Assembly (NCBI GenBank): GCA_035285545.1
Contig: JAYKGY010000129.1
Coordinates: forward strand, 1 to 64,000
Reading direction: 5' to 3'
Length of the DNA stretch: 64,000 bases
Source of the DNA: Snowella sp.
GTDB lineage: Bacteria > Cyanobacteriota > Cyanobacteriia > Cyanobacteriales > Microcystaceae
This document shows, piece by piece, positions 52,119-64,000 of the stretch. The translations under genes and the position numbers were made by a program. Under the pieces are notes generated by a model. The model was not told where the DNA came from, ran no database searches, and worked only from the letters and a program-made list of their open reading frames with translations. The number at the start of each line of letters is the position of its first letter. Position 1 is the first letter of the stretch.

Positions 52119-52901
52119 TTACCAAAAGGAAAAATCTGATTGAAATTGGTTTAAAGATAATAATTTAATCTGAGAATTATTTTTAATCGAATCTCTTATT
52201 GCTTGAGTGTTATAACCCCAATCAGCAAGATATAAACCCATCGAATTTAAATCAGTTTGCTTGACAATTAATTGTAACGTTTTTAATAAATCTTCAACAA
52301 ACCACAATTGTTCAGGTTCAATTTTATAACGATTTAAAAGCTGGTGCAGGGTTTCATATTTAGGTTGTTTAACTTCTTTACCTAAAATAAATTGACTATC
52401 AATTAATAGCCCTTGTTCATGGAGTAATCGCTCAATAAATCGGCCTTCTTTCGTACTAATAATGTAGAGCTTAATCTCAGAATTAAGAATTTGCTGTAAA
52501 CGCTTAATTACACCAGGATAAAAACGATGCAATCCCAGCCAACTGTCTAAATCCTGATTGATCCACTCATCTCTGACGTGATCTAGCTGCTGCATGATGA
52601 ATTTTTTATCAACGCGATCGCAGCTAATAATTTCTGCTAAAACCTCAGCCCAATGGTTCAAAATTCTAGGTTCAGAAATACCTAAAACTAAAGCTCGGAG
52701 CAACACAGGCATTTCCCAACCCGTTTCAATCACAGGTCTAAGTCGATAAAATTGATCGGCAAATTTTTCCAAATTACTATTCGTTTCATCTTGCCAAATG
52801 GTGTGATACGTTCGCTGGGTTGTTTGAAAATACTCCAGCAATCCATCACAAATGACCCCATCAAAATCTAATGCTAAAATTTTTGGAGAAACCTGACCCA
52901 T
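52119..52901 (-). CDS. HAD-family hydrolase
   Basis: LDFDGVICD, STK, FVED, ADWGYN. Confidence 0.88.
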   Translation of the reverse strand: MGQVSPKILALDFDGVICDGLLEYFQTTQRTYHTIWQDETNSNLEKFADQFYRLRPVIETGWEMPVLLRALVLGISEPRILNHWAEVLAEIISCDRVDKKFIMQQLDHVRDEWINQDLDSWLGLHRFYPGVIKRLQQILNSEIKLYIISTKEGRFIERLLHEQGLLIDSQFILGKEVKQPKYETLHQLLNRYKIEPEQLWFVEDLLKTLQLIVKQTDLNSMGLYLADWGYNTQAIRDSIKNNSQIKLLSLNQFQSDFSFW

Positions 52902-52919
52902 GATGATTTTTCCTAATGT

Positions 52920-53699
52920 TTAATTTCCGATAAATTTTTGCCAAGCTTGCCAAAAGGTATAAATCGATAAAATCGCTAACAATAGATTAAAGCAAAAACT
53001 AACAAACTGTTCTGGTAATTTGGGCAAATAGCGAGTGCTAACCTGGGCACCAATTAACCCCCCAATGCCTAAAATTAAACCGACGGTAAACAAGACATTT
53101 CCTTTAAAGGCGTGACCCACTGTTGCCGCGATCGCCGTAATCACAATGACCCCTAAACTGGTCTGAATAGCCACTTTGATTTGTTCTCCCAGTAACAACA
53201 TTTGTAAGGGAACCATGATTACACCGCCTCCCACGCCAAATAATCCCGCCAATAACCCTGCGGCGGCTCCTGTCCCTAAACGCGCTACCATCGGATTAAC
53301 ATTGATGGGGTTAGCATCAGATTGCTGACGTTCTAAATTTTTTCGTAAGCGGACTAAAAAGATATTGATAATTAACAAGAATCCAAAGGCTATTAACAAT
53401 AAAGAAGATGAAAATTGACTCGCTAAATATACCCCTAATTGGGCAGTCACTAAAGCAGGAAATCCAATAGAAAATACCCGATTAAAATCCAAATATCCCA
53501 TGCGCCAATTTTGAATACTGCCCGAAATTGAAGTTAAAACAATGGCTAAACTACTAGTTGCTACAGCCTGCACAGGGGTGTACTGTAAGGTCACTAAAAT
53601 AGGAACTAAAACGGTTCCGCCCCCAATCCCTAATAAACCTGCTAATAGTCCTGATATTAAGCCTCCCAAGGTTAAAAAAATCCATTGATTTTCTATCAT
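52920..53699 (-). CDS. TauE/SafE-family sulfite exporter
   Basis: Duplicated GLLGIGGG / GLFGVGGG motifs; multi-TM. Confidence 0.9.
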   Translation of the reverse strand: MIENQWIFLTLGGLISGLLAGLLGIGGGTVLVPILVTLQYTPVQAVATSSLAIVLTSISGSIQNWRMGYLDFNRVFSIGFPALVTAQLGVYLASQFSSSLLLIAFGFLLIINIFLVRLRKNLERQQSDANPINVNPMVARLGTGAAAGLLAGLFGVGGGVIMVPLQMLLLGEQIKVAIQTSLGVIVITAIAATVGHAFKGNVLFTVGLILGIGGLIGAQVSTRYLPKLPEQFVSFCFNLLLAILSIYTFWQAWQKFIGN

Positions 53700-53818
53700 T
53701 ATTTTTAGCTAAATTTAAAAAACAGAAAAAACTTATTTATCCAGCCCTTGTCGAATGGCTCAATTAATGTTAACACTTAATATAATGATAAAAATTTGAA
53801 ATAACGCTATTTAAAATT

Positions 53819-54022
53819 ATGGGAGACTTTTTAGATAACGTGGGTCGCTATCCCCGTTACATGATTAGCTTAATTTTAGGAATCTTCTTTGCGTTTTTTA
53901 CCTGGTTAAAACCCTTTTTTAAAAATCCAGTAACGGCCGTTGCTCTCGTCGGTATCCTTGCAGGCGGATTTCTCTTTCTCTTTTTTACCCTGCGGGCTAT
54001 GTTAGGATTAACAACAGTATAG
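53819..54022 (+). CDS. DUF751 family small membrane protein
   Basis: NVGRYPRY..TLRAMLG; upstream of rbfA. Confidence 0.85.
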   Translation: MGDFLDNVGRYPRYMISLILGIFFAFFTWLKPFFKNPVTAVALVGILAGGFLFLFFTLRAMLGLTTV

Positions 54023-54079
54023 AAATGTGATTGCAGTTCACAAATCTAAGGGCAAGAGCTTCAACAGGGGGCAAAATTC

Positions 54080-54502
54080 ATGGCTACTAATCGGCGCGTT
54101 TCTCGGATCTCTTCACTGATTAAGCGTGAAGTTAGCCAAATGTTGCTCTACGACATCAAGGACGATCGCGTAGGGGCAGGCATGGTCAGTGTCACTGATG
54201 TGGAAGTGTCGGGCGATTTGCAGCACGCCAAAGTCTTTGTCAGTATCTATGGCACCAATGCAGCGAAAGAAGAAACCATGCAAGGTTTGCGCTCCTCTGC
54301 GGGATTTGTGCGTCGAGAATTAGGGCAACGGGTACGTCTGCGGCGGACTCCAGAGGTTGTTTTCTTAGAAGATACTTCCATTGAACGAGGCGATCGCGTT
54401 TTGAATTTGCTGAATGAGATAGAAATTAAGGAACCCGAAAATTTACCTGAAATTAATGATATAGACAATACTTTTGATGAAGACTTAGAAGAAGATATTT
54501 AA
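54080..54502 (+). CDS. rbfA: 30S ribosome-binding factor A
   Basis: [36 protein letters not shown]. Confidence 0.96.
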   Translation: MATNRRVSRISSLIKREVSQMLLYDIKDDRVGAGMVSVTDVEVSGDLQHAKVFVSIYGTNAAKEETMQGLRSSAGFVRRELGQRVRLRRTPEVVFLEDTSIERGDRVLNLLNEIEIKEPENLPEINDIDNTFDEDLEEDI

Positions 54503-54678
54503 GCAATATCGGCTTCTACTTGAGCAATGATGTGATCTAATTTGCCTGAAATTAAATCATTTTCTAATTGCTTATCCCAGAGGTTATTAAGATATTCTTG
54601 CAACCACTGTACTAAATCACGCACTTCATTTTCTGGTAATTGTTTAATGGCAGATTCGACTTCTAATCGCGTTGTCAT
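54499..54678 (-). CDS. 59 aa antitoxin-like protein, probably truncated and orphaned (absent from the ORF track)
   Basis: [65 protein letters not shown]; resembles WDxQxExD..GKLD antitoxin-like proteins. Confidence 0.65.
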   Translation of the reverse strand: MTTRLEVESAIKQLPENEVRDLVQWLQEYLNNLWDKQLENDLISGKLDHIIAQVEADIA

Positions 54679-54779
54679 AAGTTTTTTGGAGTTGAAGGAA
54701 TAACTTTATTTTATGGTGAATTACCGACAGCGATCGCGGGCTAAATTTTCTTAAAAAATCAGTGAGAAAGTCAACAATT

Positions 54780-55910
54780 TTAAGCAGCAAGATAAGAATT
54801 GATGCCTAAAACCGATTGATAATAATTTTCTAGTTGTTTGGTTGCCGCACTCCAGCCCCAGCGTTCTGCCTCTTGGCGGGCATTTTGACGTAACTGTTCT
54901 CGCTCTTCGGTTGCCGCTAATAGACGTTGAGTAGCAGTGACGGCTCCTCGATTATCGGTAGGATCAAATAAATAGCCATTGACCCCATCAGTCACAATAT
55001 CAGGAATTCCACCTGATCGCGCCGCGACTACTGGACATCCTGCGGCCATCGCTTCTAATAACACTAATCCCAGGGTTTCAGTCCGAGAGGGAAAAACAAA
55101 GGCATCAGCGGAGGCAAAGGCAGAGGCTAACTCTAATCCCTGTAAATAACCGACAAAATGGGTATTCGTGCCTGCAAAATGAGTTTCCATTGCTTCTCGG
55201 TGTGGCCCATCTCCCACGATCGCTAAACGGGCATCAGGAATCGCTTCTAAAACGGGCTTAATTTCATCAATCTGTTTTTCAGCAGAAACTCGTCCCACAT
55301 ACAGCAATAACGGTGCATCGGGATGGCCTTGGGAAAGGCGCGATCGCATTTGTTGAGATGCTAAATGAGGTTGAAACATTTCCGTATCCACACCCCGTTG
55401 CCAGAGATCAACCCGTTCAATGCCATGTTCTACGAGAGCATCTACCATTGCCGTCGAAGTACACAGATTTAACTGAGCCTGGTTATGGGCTAATTTCAAC
55501 AATTCCCACAGTAACCCTTCTAAGGCTCCTAATCCGTAATGCTGGAGATATTGGGGTAAATGGGTGTGATAGGAAGCAACTAAGGGGATATTAAGCGTTT
55601 TTGCGTAATAAATCCCTCCTAGCCCTAATACCGCAGGATTCACCACATGAATGAGATCAGGTTTGAACTTTTCTAAAACCCGTTTTAAAGTCGGGCGAGG
55701 AACGGCTAATTTGAGTTCAGGATAAAGCGGCAAAGGAATACCCGAAACACCATAAATTTTTGCCCCTTTATATTCTTTTAGTCCGCCTTCAGGAGAAAAA
55801 ACTAAGACTTGATGGCCATTGCGTTGTAGATGTTCAACGGTATGCTTTAATCGAGTGACAATACCATCAATTTTAGGCAAAAAGGTTTCGGTAAAAAGCG
55901 CAATTTTCAT
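54780..55910 (-). CDS. sqdX: Sulfoquinovosyltransferase (GT4)
   Basis: FTETFLPKIDGIVTRL, ETLGLVLLEAMAAG; follows sqdB. Confidence 0.93.
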   Translation of the reverse strand: MKIALFTETFLPKIDGIVTRLKHTVEHLQRNGHQVLVFSPEGGLKEYKGAKIYGVSGIPLPLYPELKLAVPRPTLKRVLEKFKPDLIHVVNPAVLGLGGIYYAKTLNIPLVASYHTHLPQYLQHYGLGALEGLLWELLKLAHNQAQLNLCTSTAMVDALVEHGIERVDLWQRGVDTEMFQPHLASQQMRSRLSQGHPDAPLLLYVGRVSAEKQIDEIKPVLEAIPDARLAIVGDGPHREAMETHFAGTNTHFVGYLQGLELASAFASADAFVFPSRTETLGLVLLEAMAAGCPVVAARSGGIPDIVTDGVNGYLFDPTDNRGAVTATQRLLAATEEREQLRQNARQEAERWGWSAATKQLENYYQSVLGINSYLAA

Positions 55911-55945
55911 TAGTTAATAATGAATAGTTAATAGTTAATAGTTAT
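55911..55945 (-). repeat. Heptamer tandem repeat (TTAACTA-like x5 on the sense strand)
   Basis: Plus strand TAGTTAA TAATGAA TAGTTAA TAGTTAA TAGTTAT, abutting the sqdX ATG. Confidence 0.75.
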
Positions 55946-56046
55946 TAATGAAAAATTACAATAAATTTATAAAATAATCCCCCTAAAAATATGAATTTGG
56001 AAGGGGGAAATGACAGCATAAATCAGCGATCGCGCTAGGTTATAAC

Positions 56047-57219
<1,173 letters not shown>

Positions 57220-57453
57220 TTACTGATATTACACAATGTATCAGGTCTGGGGACTTCCGATAACATTAATATCATTAATATTGAGACAATTAAGGACAGG
57301 GGCTAGGCTAGGCCTGAGCTTGTGGTATTCCTTAATTGGGAGTTAATCATTCCTTAAGAAATAATAGAAATTCTTAAGCCATGCTTAATAGGAATTACAC
57401 CTTTTGATGGATGAAAACTCAGCCCCTAGTTCATATTTTTGCCAAGCACAACA

Positions 57454-59079
57454 TCAATCTTCCCACGGTATTGTGAGGCGTAAAGTGCCAATATTGAGGT
57501 CTTTCGCATCTAAGAATTGAGTTTCAAAAACGGCCAAAATATCTGTCGGTTTAGGTTTGCCCCGTGAACTTCCGGTTACGCCCATGGCAATGATGACACT
57601 ACAGTAACCCTGGGTTTGTTGGCAACGAGTATTCCATTTTTGACGGGCTTTTTTATGAACGGCATCATCCGCGAGAAATTCTCCAAAGAGATGAAGTTTA
57701 GAGGCTTCGGTTTGAATAATTCCCAAATCATATTCATCATCTGACCAGGGATCTTCCCCTGGGTTGAAACAAATTCCTTTAATCCCGCCTTCTGACCGTA
57801 ATATATCGATCATTTCTTTCGCTTTTGGGCGTGTTGTTTGAATAACGATCGCGGGCAGACCATCCCCCTTTTGGGGCGCTTCTTTGATCGGATATTCCGT
57901 CTTAGGTTGGCTTCGTAAAAGCGTGATCGACTCCCAAGGAATCATCCCCAGACTCAGAAAAGCCTTATCAGGGACAAAATCACTATTGAGTTCAAAATCA
58001 TCCTCCTCGTCCTCATCCTCTTCTTCCTCTGCCATCATGTCTAAAAAGGATTGGGTTAAATCAGGCATGGTATAAACCGTGGCAGCAACCTTCGCTTTTT
58101 TCCCGGATTCCGTAACGCTAGAAATTTGATACCGTTTTCGAGCGGCGGTCACCGGATCTTGAGCAAGTTGTTTAGGATGATCGACGATGAAACGGATAAA
58201 GGCTTGCAGCGCATAGTAAATGATTTGGGCTTCATCCTCATCTAAGAAAGGACGGATACCTTCTAAGGGATGAATACTGCCAAATAGAGCTTCTACTTCA
58301 TCGGAGGGCAAGTCTTCTAAATCCAATATCTCATCGTCAAATTCATCTTCGTCTAGGGCTTTATAATTCAAAAACCAACAATCTTGTGATAAAAAGACCG
58401 TTTCCAACTGGTCTGCCGATTTTTCAGATAAGATCGCCTGCCGAAATTGGTTTAGGGAGTCGAGGGAACGATAAAGAATCACGCCATATTCTTGACCGAG
58501 CATACCCATAATGCAGGCATAAATGGGGGGCGTTTCCAGATCCTCTAGTTCAATGGCAATAATGTCGTGATCGGCTAATAGGTTCCAAGGGGCTACATCC
58601 CACAGGGCAACGCTGGTTTGCTTGAGTAAGGGTTCATAAAAAGACGGAATGGCAGGGGGCTTGCTCTTGCTCATGGATTCAAAACTACGGAACAGTTCGT
58701 CAATGAGCGGCAATTCAGGCACATAATCAATATTGATGTCTAAGCTCTGTAAGGCTCCCCGCAGAAAGAATTGAATTTCTCGGTTACGAACGACAATTTT
58801 TTGGGGACGAGCGGGTTTCGCGGGACTATGGGGCGTTTCGATGGCACGCAGGAGGGTACGCACAACGGCTTCAATTCCCATTTGCGGAGACACAATATCC
58901 ATGGAACGGACAAAGCCTTCTGATCCATCTACCCAGAGAATACAATCGCCTTTGCTGTCAATTTCATCTTCTTCTACTCCTCTTAATCCACTCAAGGGTC
59001 GGCGATCGCCTTCCCAAACACTCGGAATTTGAGGGATTTTTTTGAGACGTTGTTCGGTTGAGGAGGAAAGAGCACTCAT
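57454..59079 (-). CDS. Conserved acidic cyanobacterial hypothetical protein (DUF6930-like)
   Basis: 541 aa, host codon use, WEGDRR, MGMLGQEYG, acidic tracts. Confidence 0.8.
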   Translation of the reverse strand: MSALSSSTEQRLKKIPQIPSVWEGDRRPLSGLRGVEEDEIDSKGDCILWVDGSEGFVRSMDIVSPQMGIEAVVRTLLRAIETPHSPAKPARPQKIVVRNREIQFFLRGALQSLDINIDYVPELPLIDELFRSFESMSKSKPPAIPSFYEPLLKQTSVALWDVAPWNLLADHDIIAIELEDLETPPIYACIMGMLGQEYGVILYRSLDSLNQFRQAILSEKSADQLETVFLSQDCWFLNYKALDEDEFDDEILDLEDLPSDEVEALFGSIHPLEGIRPFLDEDEAQIIYYALQAFIRFIVDHPKQLAQDPVTAARKRYQISSVTESGKKAKVAATVYTMPDLTQSFLDMMAEEEEDEDEEDDFELNSDFVPDKAFLSLGMIPWESITLLRSQPKTEYPIKEAPQKGDGLPAIVIQTTRPKAKEMIDILRSEGGIKGICFNPGEDPWSDDEYDLGIIQTEASKLHLFGEFLADDAVHKKARQKWNTRCQQTQGYCSVIIAMGVTGSSRGKPKPTDILAVFETQFLDAKDLNIGTLRLTIPWED

Positions 59080-59270
59080 AAACTAAAAAATAAAAATAAT
59101 TTCAAAAATAGCAACGGAAATACCGATCTTAAAACAGGCTTAAAAATTTTTAAACTTTTACGCCAGAAAAAGTCTAGGTGAAGGGATAGAACGATCCTGA
59201 GCAGAGGGTCTAATAGGGGCAAATTTGATAAGCATTCAATGTCTCAGCCTAAGGTTATTCTAACGATTTA

Positions 59271-61466
59271 CTAAATAATTTGATAAATAAAATTTAAAGT
59301 AGCCCAAGATTTCATCTCTAAACAATAAAAATCACTCGTATTGTTATTCATCGTACTAGACATGGCTCGATTACTGTGCAAATCCGCTAAAAGAGATTGG
59401 GCTACGAGGAGGGGATTTTTAATTTCCACAATTTGAGCCAGTTGTTCATTGCCATTGGAGGATAGGGCGTTGGGCTGATTCGCCCCTAAGACTTGCCGAG
59501 TTTGGGTGAACGGATTCACCGAAGCAATGACTCGGATTTGGGCCAATCCGCTATTTCCAGACACCCGCCAACTAACGGTGGTATTGACTCCAGGAATATG
59601 CTGGGTTTGGTTGGGTGCGAGGGGATTGACGGGGTTAGGGGAGTACCAGGCGATCGCTTTCCCGTTGGCATCAATTCCCATAATGAGGATATAAATCGGC
59701 TGGTCGCTGGAATTTCCTAGTTGGTAGTGGAGGTTACTCCCTTTGGCAACGGTTGCGATTCCCGCTGTTTCTAGGCTATTGGCTATCGATAATGGGGGCG
59801 TGATGAGGCTAGCCGGATTACCTAGATAGCGAGCGGTGGCGTGTTCAAGGATGGGTAAGGTTTTGGTGCCCTGCCCAACGCTTAAGGTTGCTTTAAATCC
59901 GAGTCTGGAGCTTTGTTCATTCTCCGTTAAATTCCAATATTTTATCGCCAATAGTTGGTCTAATTTAGGGGTAAACTGCGCGATCGCCGACTTAATGGCT
60001 GCAGTACTGCCTTCTCCCGCCCGGAAGAGTAAATTCCCCCCTTCGGTAAAGAGGGCGTAGCTTCCTGCTTGTTTGCCTAAAACACAATCTGCGGGGTGTT
60101 CTCCGGCATTGATTACTTCTGTCACATTGGCGATCGCCGCAAAGGCACTGGTCGCATCGACCCGTTCAATGCGGTCAAGTTGTTGATCCAAGGCAATGAT
60201 TAACCCTAAATGGCGGGGAATGGCTCGAATCACTTCCTGAAGTAACTCCCCGGCTTGAATTTTACTGTCGGGAGTCAAGCGCGTGGCTTGCGCCTTAAGT
60301 CCCGTTCGTTCAGTCACTTGAATCAGGGTTTCAGGCAGATCGGTTTCTTGCTTCTGGGAAATCACTTGAAAACAGGAATTGATTAGCCCATGCTGGAGAA
60401 CGAGGGGCGATAATCCCGTCAGGTTGATCGTAATGGCAAGGGTATTGGCCCCTTCCTCCACCGAATCCACCTTAGCTTCAGCCCCAAAAACGGGGTGAGG
60501 AGTATCCCCATACACCACGGTTGAGGTCTTATTTCCGTATTGGCTTTGGAGGGGGGACTGATTTATTAAGGGCGCGATCGCTTCATTTATCCGATGTAAA
60601 GCGGTAATAACTCGAATGGGCGGGGTAACTTCCCACAGATATTGGGTCAAAGAATAGGTTAACAGCCCTGCACTAAAGCCATGACCCTCGAATTCAACGG
60701 CGATCTGTTCCGGTTCAGTGGCAGTAATGATCACCCCTGGCGGATTGGCACGAGTAAGTTTTCCCTTATCTTTTGCCGATGCCAATAGTTGGGACTGAAA
60801 GGCAACTTCTGCGGCACTGGGAGACTCTCCGGGTAAAGCACTAGAGCGAATGCGGAAATTTCCCTGTAAGCTCTGGGCGGGCCAATAATAACTACTATCA
60901 AAAATCATGGTGATTTTATCTGTCGCCAGCGATCGCGCTAATAAAAACAAGGTTTCTCGCCACAGATCCTGGCGATGATTGTCGCTATCAAGCCCGTCAC
61001 TCGGTAAAATCCCCCAATCTGCTGCTTGAGTATGGGAATTTTTCTCAGAAGCGGGATAAATCCGACTACTATAGCCACTAAAGTGAAAAACAACCCCATC
61101 CCCGGCCTGGGCCTGTTGGATTAAATGTTCCACAAAGGCTGTTTCAATTTGGTCACGGGTTGCTTGGGCATCCGTTAAGGTCACAATATCCTCAGACTGA
61201 AAACCATAACGTCCGATAAGTAACTCTTTTTGTAATTCCACATCCGTTACACACCCCGCTAAGTTTGCCAAAGTCCCATCAGAACGAGGAGTCAAGGGCG
61301 TGTACTGATTAATTCCTACTAACAGGGCTAATTTTCGGGAAGTTGTCGCGGCGAAAGCTGACTGGTGACGAGTCCATTGGCGAAATGTCGGTATTCCCCC
61401 CCAGAGTTTAGGGCCAATCCCTAACATCATTAAGCCTTGTAAAAATTTGCGTCGCTCCAGTTTCAT
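59271..61466 (-). CDS. Caspase-family (C14) pseudo-orthocaspase with Tat-like signal and DUF4384-like C-terminus
   Basis: RKLALLVGINQY, LAGCVTDV, FHFSGY (His to Tyr), IFDSS (Cys to Ser), N-terminal RRKFL. Confidence 0.88.
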   Translation of the reverse strand: MKLERRKFLQGLMMLGIGPKLWGGIPTFRQWTRHQSAFAATTSRKLALLVGINQYTPLTPRSDGTLANLAGCVTDVELQKELLIGRYGFQSEDIVTLTDAQATRDQIETAFVEHLIQQAQAGDGVVFHFSGYSSRIYPASEKNSHTQAADWGILPSDGLDSDNHRQDLWRETLFLLARSLATDKITMIFDSSYYWPAQSLQGNFRIRSSALPGESPSAAEVAFQSQLLASAKDKGKLTRANPPGVIITATEPEQIAVEFEGHGFSAGLLTYSLTQYLWEVTPPIRVITALHRINEAIAPLINQSPLQSQYGNKTSTVVYGDTPHPVFGAEAKVDSVEEGANTLAITINLTGLSPLVLQHGLINSCFQVISQKQETDLPETLIQVTERTGLKAQATRLTPDSKIQAGELLQEVIRAIPRHLGLIIALDQQLDRIERVDATSAFAAIANVTEVINAGEHPADCVLGKQAGSYALFTEGGNLLFRAGEGSTAAIKSAIAQFTPKLDQLLAIKYWNLTENEQSSRLGFKATLSVGQGTKTLPILEHATARYLGNPASLITPPLSIANSLETAGIATVAKGSNLHYQLGNSSDQPIYILIMGIDANGKAIAWYSPNPVNPLAPNQTQHIPGVNTTVSWRVSGNSGLAQIRVIASVNPFTQTRQVLGANQPNALSSNGNEQLAQIVEIKNPLLVAQSLLADLHSNRAMSSTMNNNTSDFYCLEMKSWATLNFIYQII

Positions 61467-61895
61467 TGTTGTTTCCTGAGAGGTGAGAAATGATTTACCT
61501 TAAGTCTGTAAAACTGAGAAATTTATCCATTCTTTTTCTAATTTTAGTTTATTGGCAACTGTTCCTGTCTAACCCCAAGATTTTTTTGTACTCAGTAATT
61601 AAACGCTCTTAACTCATTTATTTCTTCAACATGCTCACTATTTCAACCCTCAAAAGTCGCAATCTATTCCATGAGTTCCGTAAATTTTGTCTTATTTAAG
61701 GATAGGGAAATCAGGAGGAAATACTCAAAATCCTAAAAGATCAGTAAGAATTAAATTAAACGGAGGGTTTCATGATACACAATACAAAAAATCGCAAAAA
61801 TTTAACCGTAAATTACAACGGACGAGAAGCTCATTCCAGATTGGATAGGGAATTCTAACTTCCAGTTCGTTACTTGAAATAATTGAAACCCGTGA

Positions 61896-64000
61896 TTAAA
61901 TCATCTTCGATTTAAGCCATTGATTTAAGGCTTGTTTCACTTGAGGATATTCAATTTGCAATTGCATGATAGAAGTGGCGAGCAGGGTAAGATTTTCTGC
62001 CTGACATTGATGGTTAATTTGTTGAGATAGGCGGGATAAGGTTTTAGCCCCAATGGAATGGCTACGGGATGTTAAGTTTTGCGCCACTTGCCCCAGATCG
62101 CTGAGGTCTTGTTTTTGATAGGCAATGAGAAGATTTGATACCATGCGATCGCTTTCTGTCAGATAACTTTGAACGATTTCCTGCATCAAGTCCAGATCGT
62201 TATCACAGAGGGTTTCTCGCATGATCTGAAGAACCGATTCATCTAAAGGTTCTGTGGGGAGCGTTTCCTCTGTAGAGTCCCTTGGTGTTGGGGTTACGTT
62301 GGGGTTCGCAATCCCTGGGGATGGAGGGCAGACAGCCTGAAAAATTGTGGATAATCCTTTGAGCGTGATCGGTTTGCTCAGATAGTCATCCATTCCGGCT
62401 TCTAAACAGGCTTCCCGATCGCCGAGCATGGCATTAGCGGTCATGGCAACAATATGAGGAGATGGATCAAGATACCGTTCTCGAATGAGTCGAGTGGTTT
62501 CTAAGCCATCGAGATTCGGCATTTGTACATCCATGAGGATGAGATCATAGGGTTGAGATTCTAATTGCTGCAATACTTCGAGTCCATCCTTAGCCACATC
62601 CGCCTGATAGCCAAAAACCTGCAACATTTGTAGGGTCACTTTTTGGTTAATGGGGTTATCTTCCGCTAACAAAATACGTAACGAAGGAATGGTAGGTTCG
62701 ATGGCTTCAACGAGGTCAACCGTCGGCGGCGCGATCGCGGGAGTCGTCCATTTCGCTTGCGTTTGAACCGCTTTCAGTAAGCTATTGTACAACTGGCTTT
62801 GACGGATGGGCTTACTCAACGTCGCCGTAAATAAGCTCGTCTCCTCATCATCGAGGAGATACTGTCTTAGGGAAGTCAATAAAATTAAAGGAAAGGGGGC
62901 ACGATTTTCCCATTGCGCGATCGCTTTTGCCAACATCACGCCATCGAGATCGGGCATCTGCATATCGAGGATCGCCACGTCTACGACTGCATCGGTTTTT
63001 AACCAAGCTAAGGCTTCATTTCCTGAGGCAACGGATTGGGGGATCATGCCCCAGGATTGACACTGTAAGGTCAAAATTTTGCGATTGGTTTCATTATCAT
63101 CCACAATTAACACCGATTTCCCCTGGAGATGGGGTAAGGTCTCTTCCTCAAAAAGGGGCCTATCCTCAATGGCAGTGGTCAAAAGGGTAAAGGAAAAGGT
63201 GGAGCCAACCCCAACTTGACTTTCGACCCACAACCTTCCTCCCATCAGTTGGGCTAAGCGTTGGCTAATGACTAAACCGAGTCCGGTTCCCCCGTAGTGG
63301 CGAGTGGTGGTGGAATCCACTTGGCTAAAGGCTTTAAATAACCGATCTAAGCGGTCTTCTGGAATGCCGATCCCCGTATCTTTGATGCTAAATTCCAGTT
63401 GATGGGTGAGGGTTTCCTTTGAGCGATCGCTTGCTGTGGCAGGATCGTCTGGCCCATCCATGGGCAACACGGTGGCTTTAACCGATAAAATAACTTCTCC
63501 CGTTTGGGTAAATTTAATGGCATTCCCCAGTAAGTTAGACAAAATTTGGCAAATGCGCGTCCCATCCCCTTGAATAATTTCTGGGGTTTCCGGGGAGAAA
63601 CTATAGGCCAGTTCCAATCCCTTGTCAATGGCTCTGGGGGCTAAAATCTCTAAGGTATTTTCAATGGATTCTCGTAAATTAAAGATATAGTTATCTAATT
63701 CCAGTTTTTCCGCTTCAATCTTAGAAAAATCTAGAATATCGTTAATAATAGTGAGCAAGTTATCACCGCTGGTGCGGATGGTTTCGGCGTAGTCCCGTTG
63801 ACGGGAATTTAAATCCGTTGCCAATAACAGTTCGGTCATTCCAATGACCCCATTCATGGGGGTGCGAATTTCGTGGCTCATCATGGCTAAAAATTCACTT
63901 TTGGCTCGATTCGCGGCTTCGGCAGCCCACTTAGCCTGTTCTAGATCTGCATTTTTCTTACTGAGTTCTTGGCGACGGTGTTTTTCTTGTTCTAGCAGTT
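61896..64000 (-). CDS. Hybrid histidine kinase (HisKA-HATPase-REC-REC-HPt-like), 5' part outside the window
   Basis: [18 protein letters not shown]-boxes, two receivers (ILDMQMP, LMDVQMP), HPt-like tail; frame open to the window edge. Confidence 0.93.
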   Translation of the reverse strand, partial: LLEQEKHRRQELSKKNADLEQAKWAAEAANRAKSEFLAMMSHEIRTPMNGVIGMTELLLATDLNSRQRDYAETIRTSGDNLLTIINDILDFSKIEAEKLELDNYIFNLRESIENTLEILAPRAIDKGLELAYSFSPETPEIIQGDGTRICQILSNLLGNAIKFTQTGEVILSVKATVLPMDGPDDPATASDRSKETLTHQLEFSIKDTGIGIPEDRLDRLFKAFSQVDSTTTRHYGGTGLGLVISQRLAQLMGGRLWVESQVGVGSTFSFTLLTTAIEDRPLFEEETLPHLQGKSVLIVDDNETNRKILTLQCQSWGMIPQSVASGNEALAWLKTDAVVDVAILDMQMPDLDGVMLAKAIAQWENRAPFPLILLTSLRQYLLDDEETSLFTATLSKPIRQSQLYNSLLKAVQTQAKWTTPAIAPPTVDLVEAIEPTIPSLRILLAEDNPINQKVTLQMLQVFGYQADVAKDGLEVLQQLESQPYDLILMDVQMPNLDGLETTRLIRERYLDPSPHIVAMTANAMLGDREACLEAGMDDYLSKPITLKGLSTIFQAVCPPSPGIANPNVTPTPRDSTEETLPTEPLDESVLQIMRETLCDNDLDLMQEIVQSYLTESDRMVSNLLIAYQKQDLSDLGQVAQNLTSRSHSIGAKTLSRLSQQINHQCQAENLTLLATSIMQLQIEYPQVKQALNQWLKSKMI

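Noticed and set aside
58000..58032. TCCTC/TCATC low-complexity run
   Set aside because: Encodes the acidic EEEEDEDEEDD tract of the protein

Overview
A 64 kb chromosomal window from a unicellular beta-cyanobacterium, probably Chroococcales or Synechocystis-like. The HIP1 palindrome GCGATCGC occurs dozens of times, and the window carries ccmK2-K1-L-M-N, ado-aar, sqdB-sqdX, narB, clpR-clpP and the fed2-suhB-J-domain run. Most of it is housekeeping: about 55 CDS, tRNA-Gly(TCC) and tRNA-Ser(GGA). Accessory DNA is limited to three kinds of region. (1) The left edge (1-1400) holds the end of an IS630-like element and a HIP1-free two-gene cassette (T5orf172/GIY-YIG nuclease plus an unknown protein) preceded by a 27 bp palindrome. 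(2) A complete tnpB-only IS200/IS605-family (IS1341-type) element spans 13946-15349. It sits exactly against the ATG of a host gene, encodes a RuvC-II-rearranged TnpB without a Zn finger, and has a stop-free in-register antisense frame along almost its whole length. (3) Several small relics: an internally deleted Uma2 gene, an SDR 3' fragment, an orphan antitoxin-like ORF and a DUF2283-like fragment. There are also several probable pseudo-enzymes: a Tat-signal pseudo-orthocaspase, an HPt domain lacking its His, a CcmM gamma-CA lacking its redox cysteines, and a degenerate Nudix. All product calls come from motif recognition by eye; no database searches were run.
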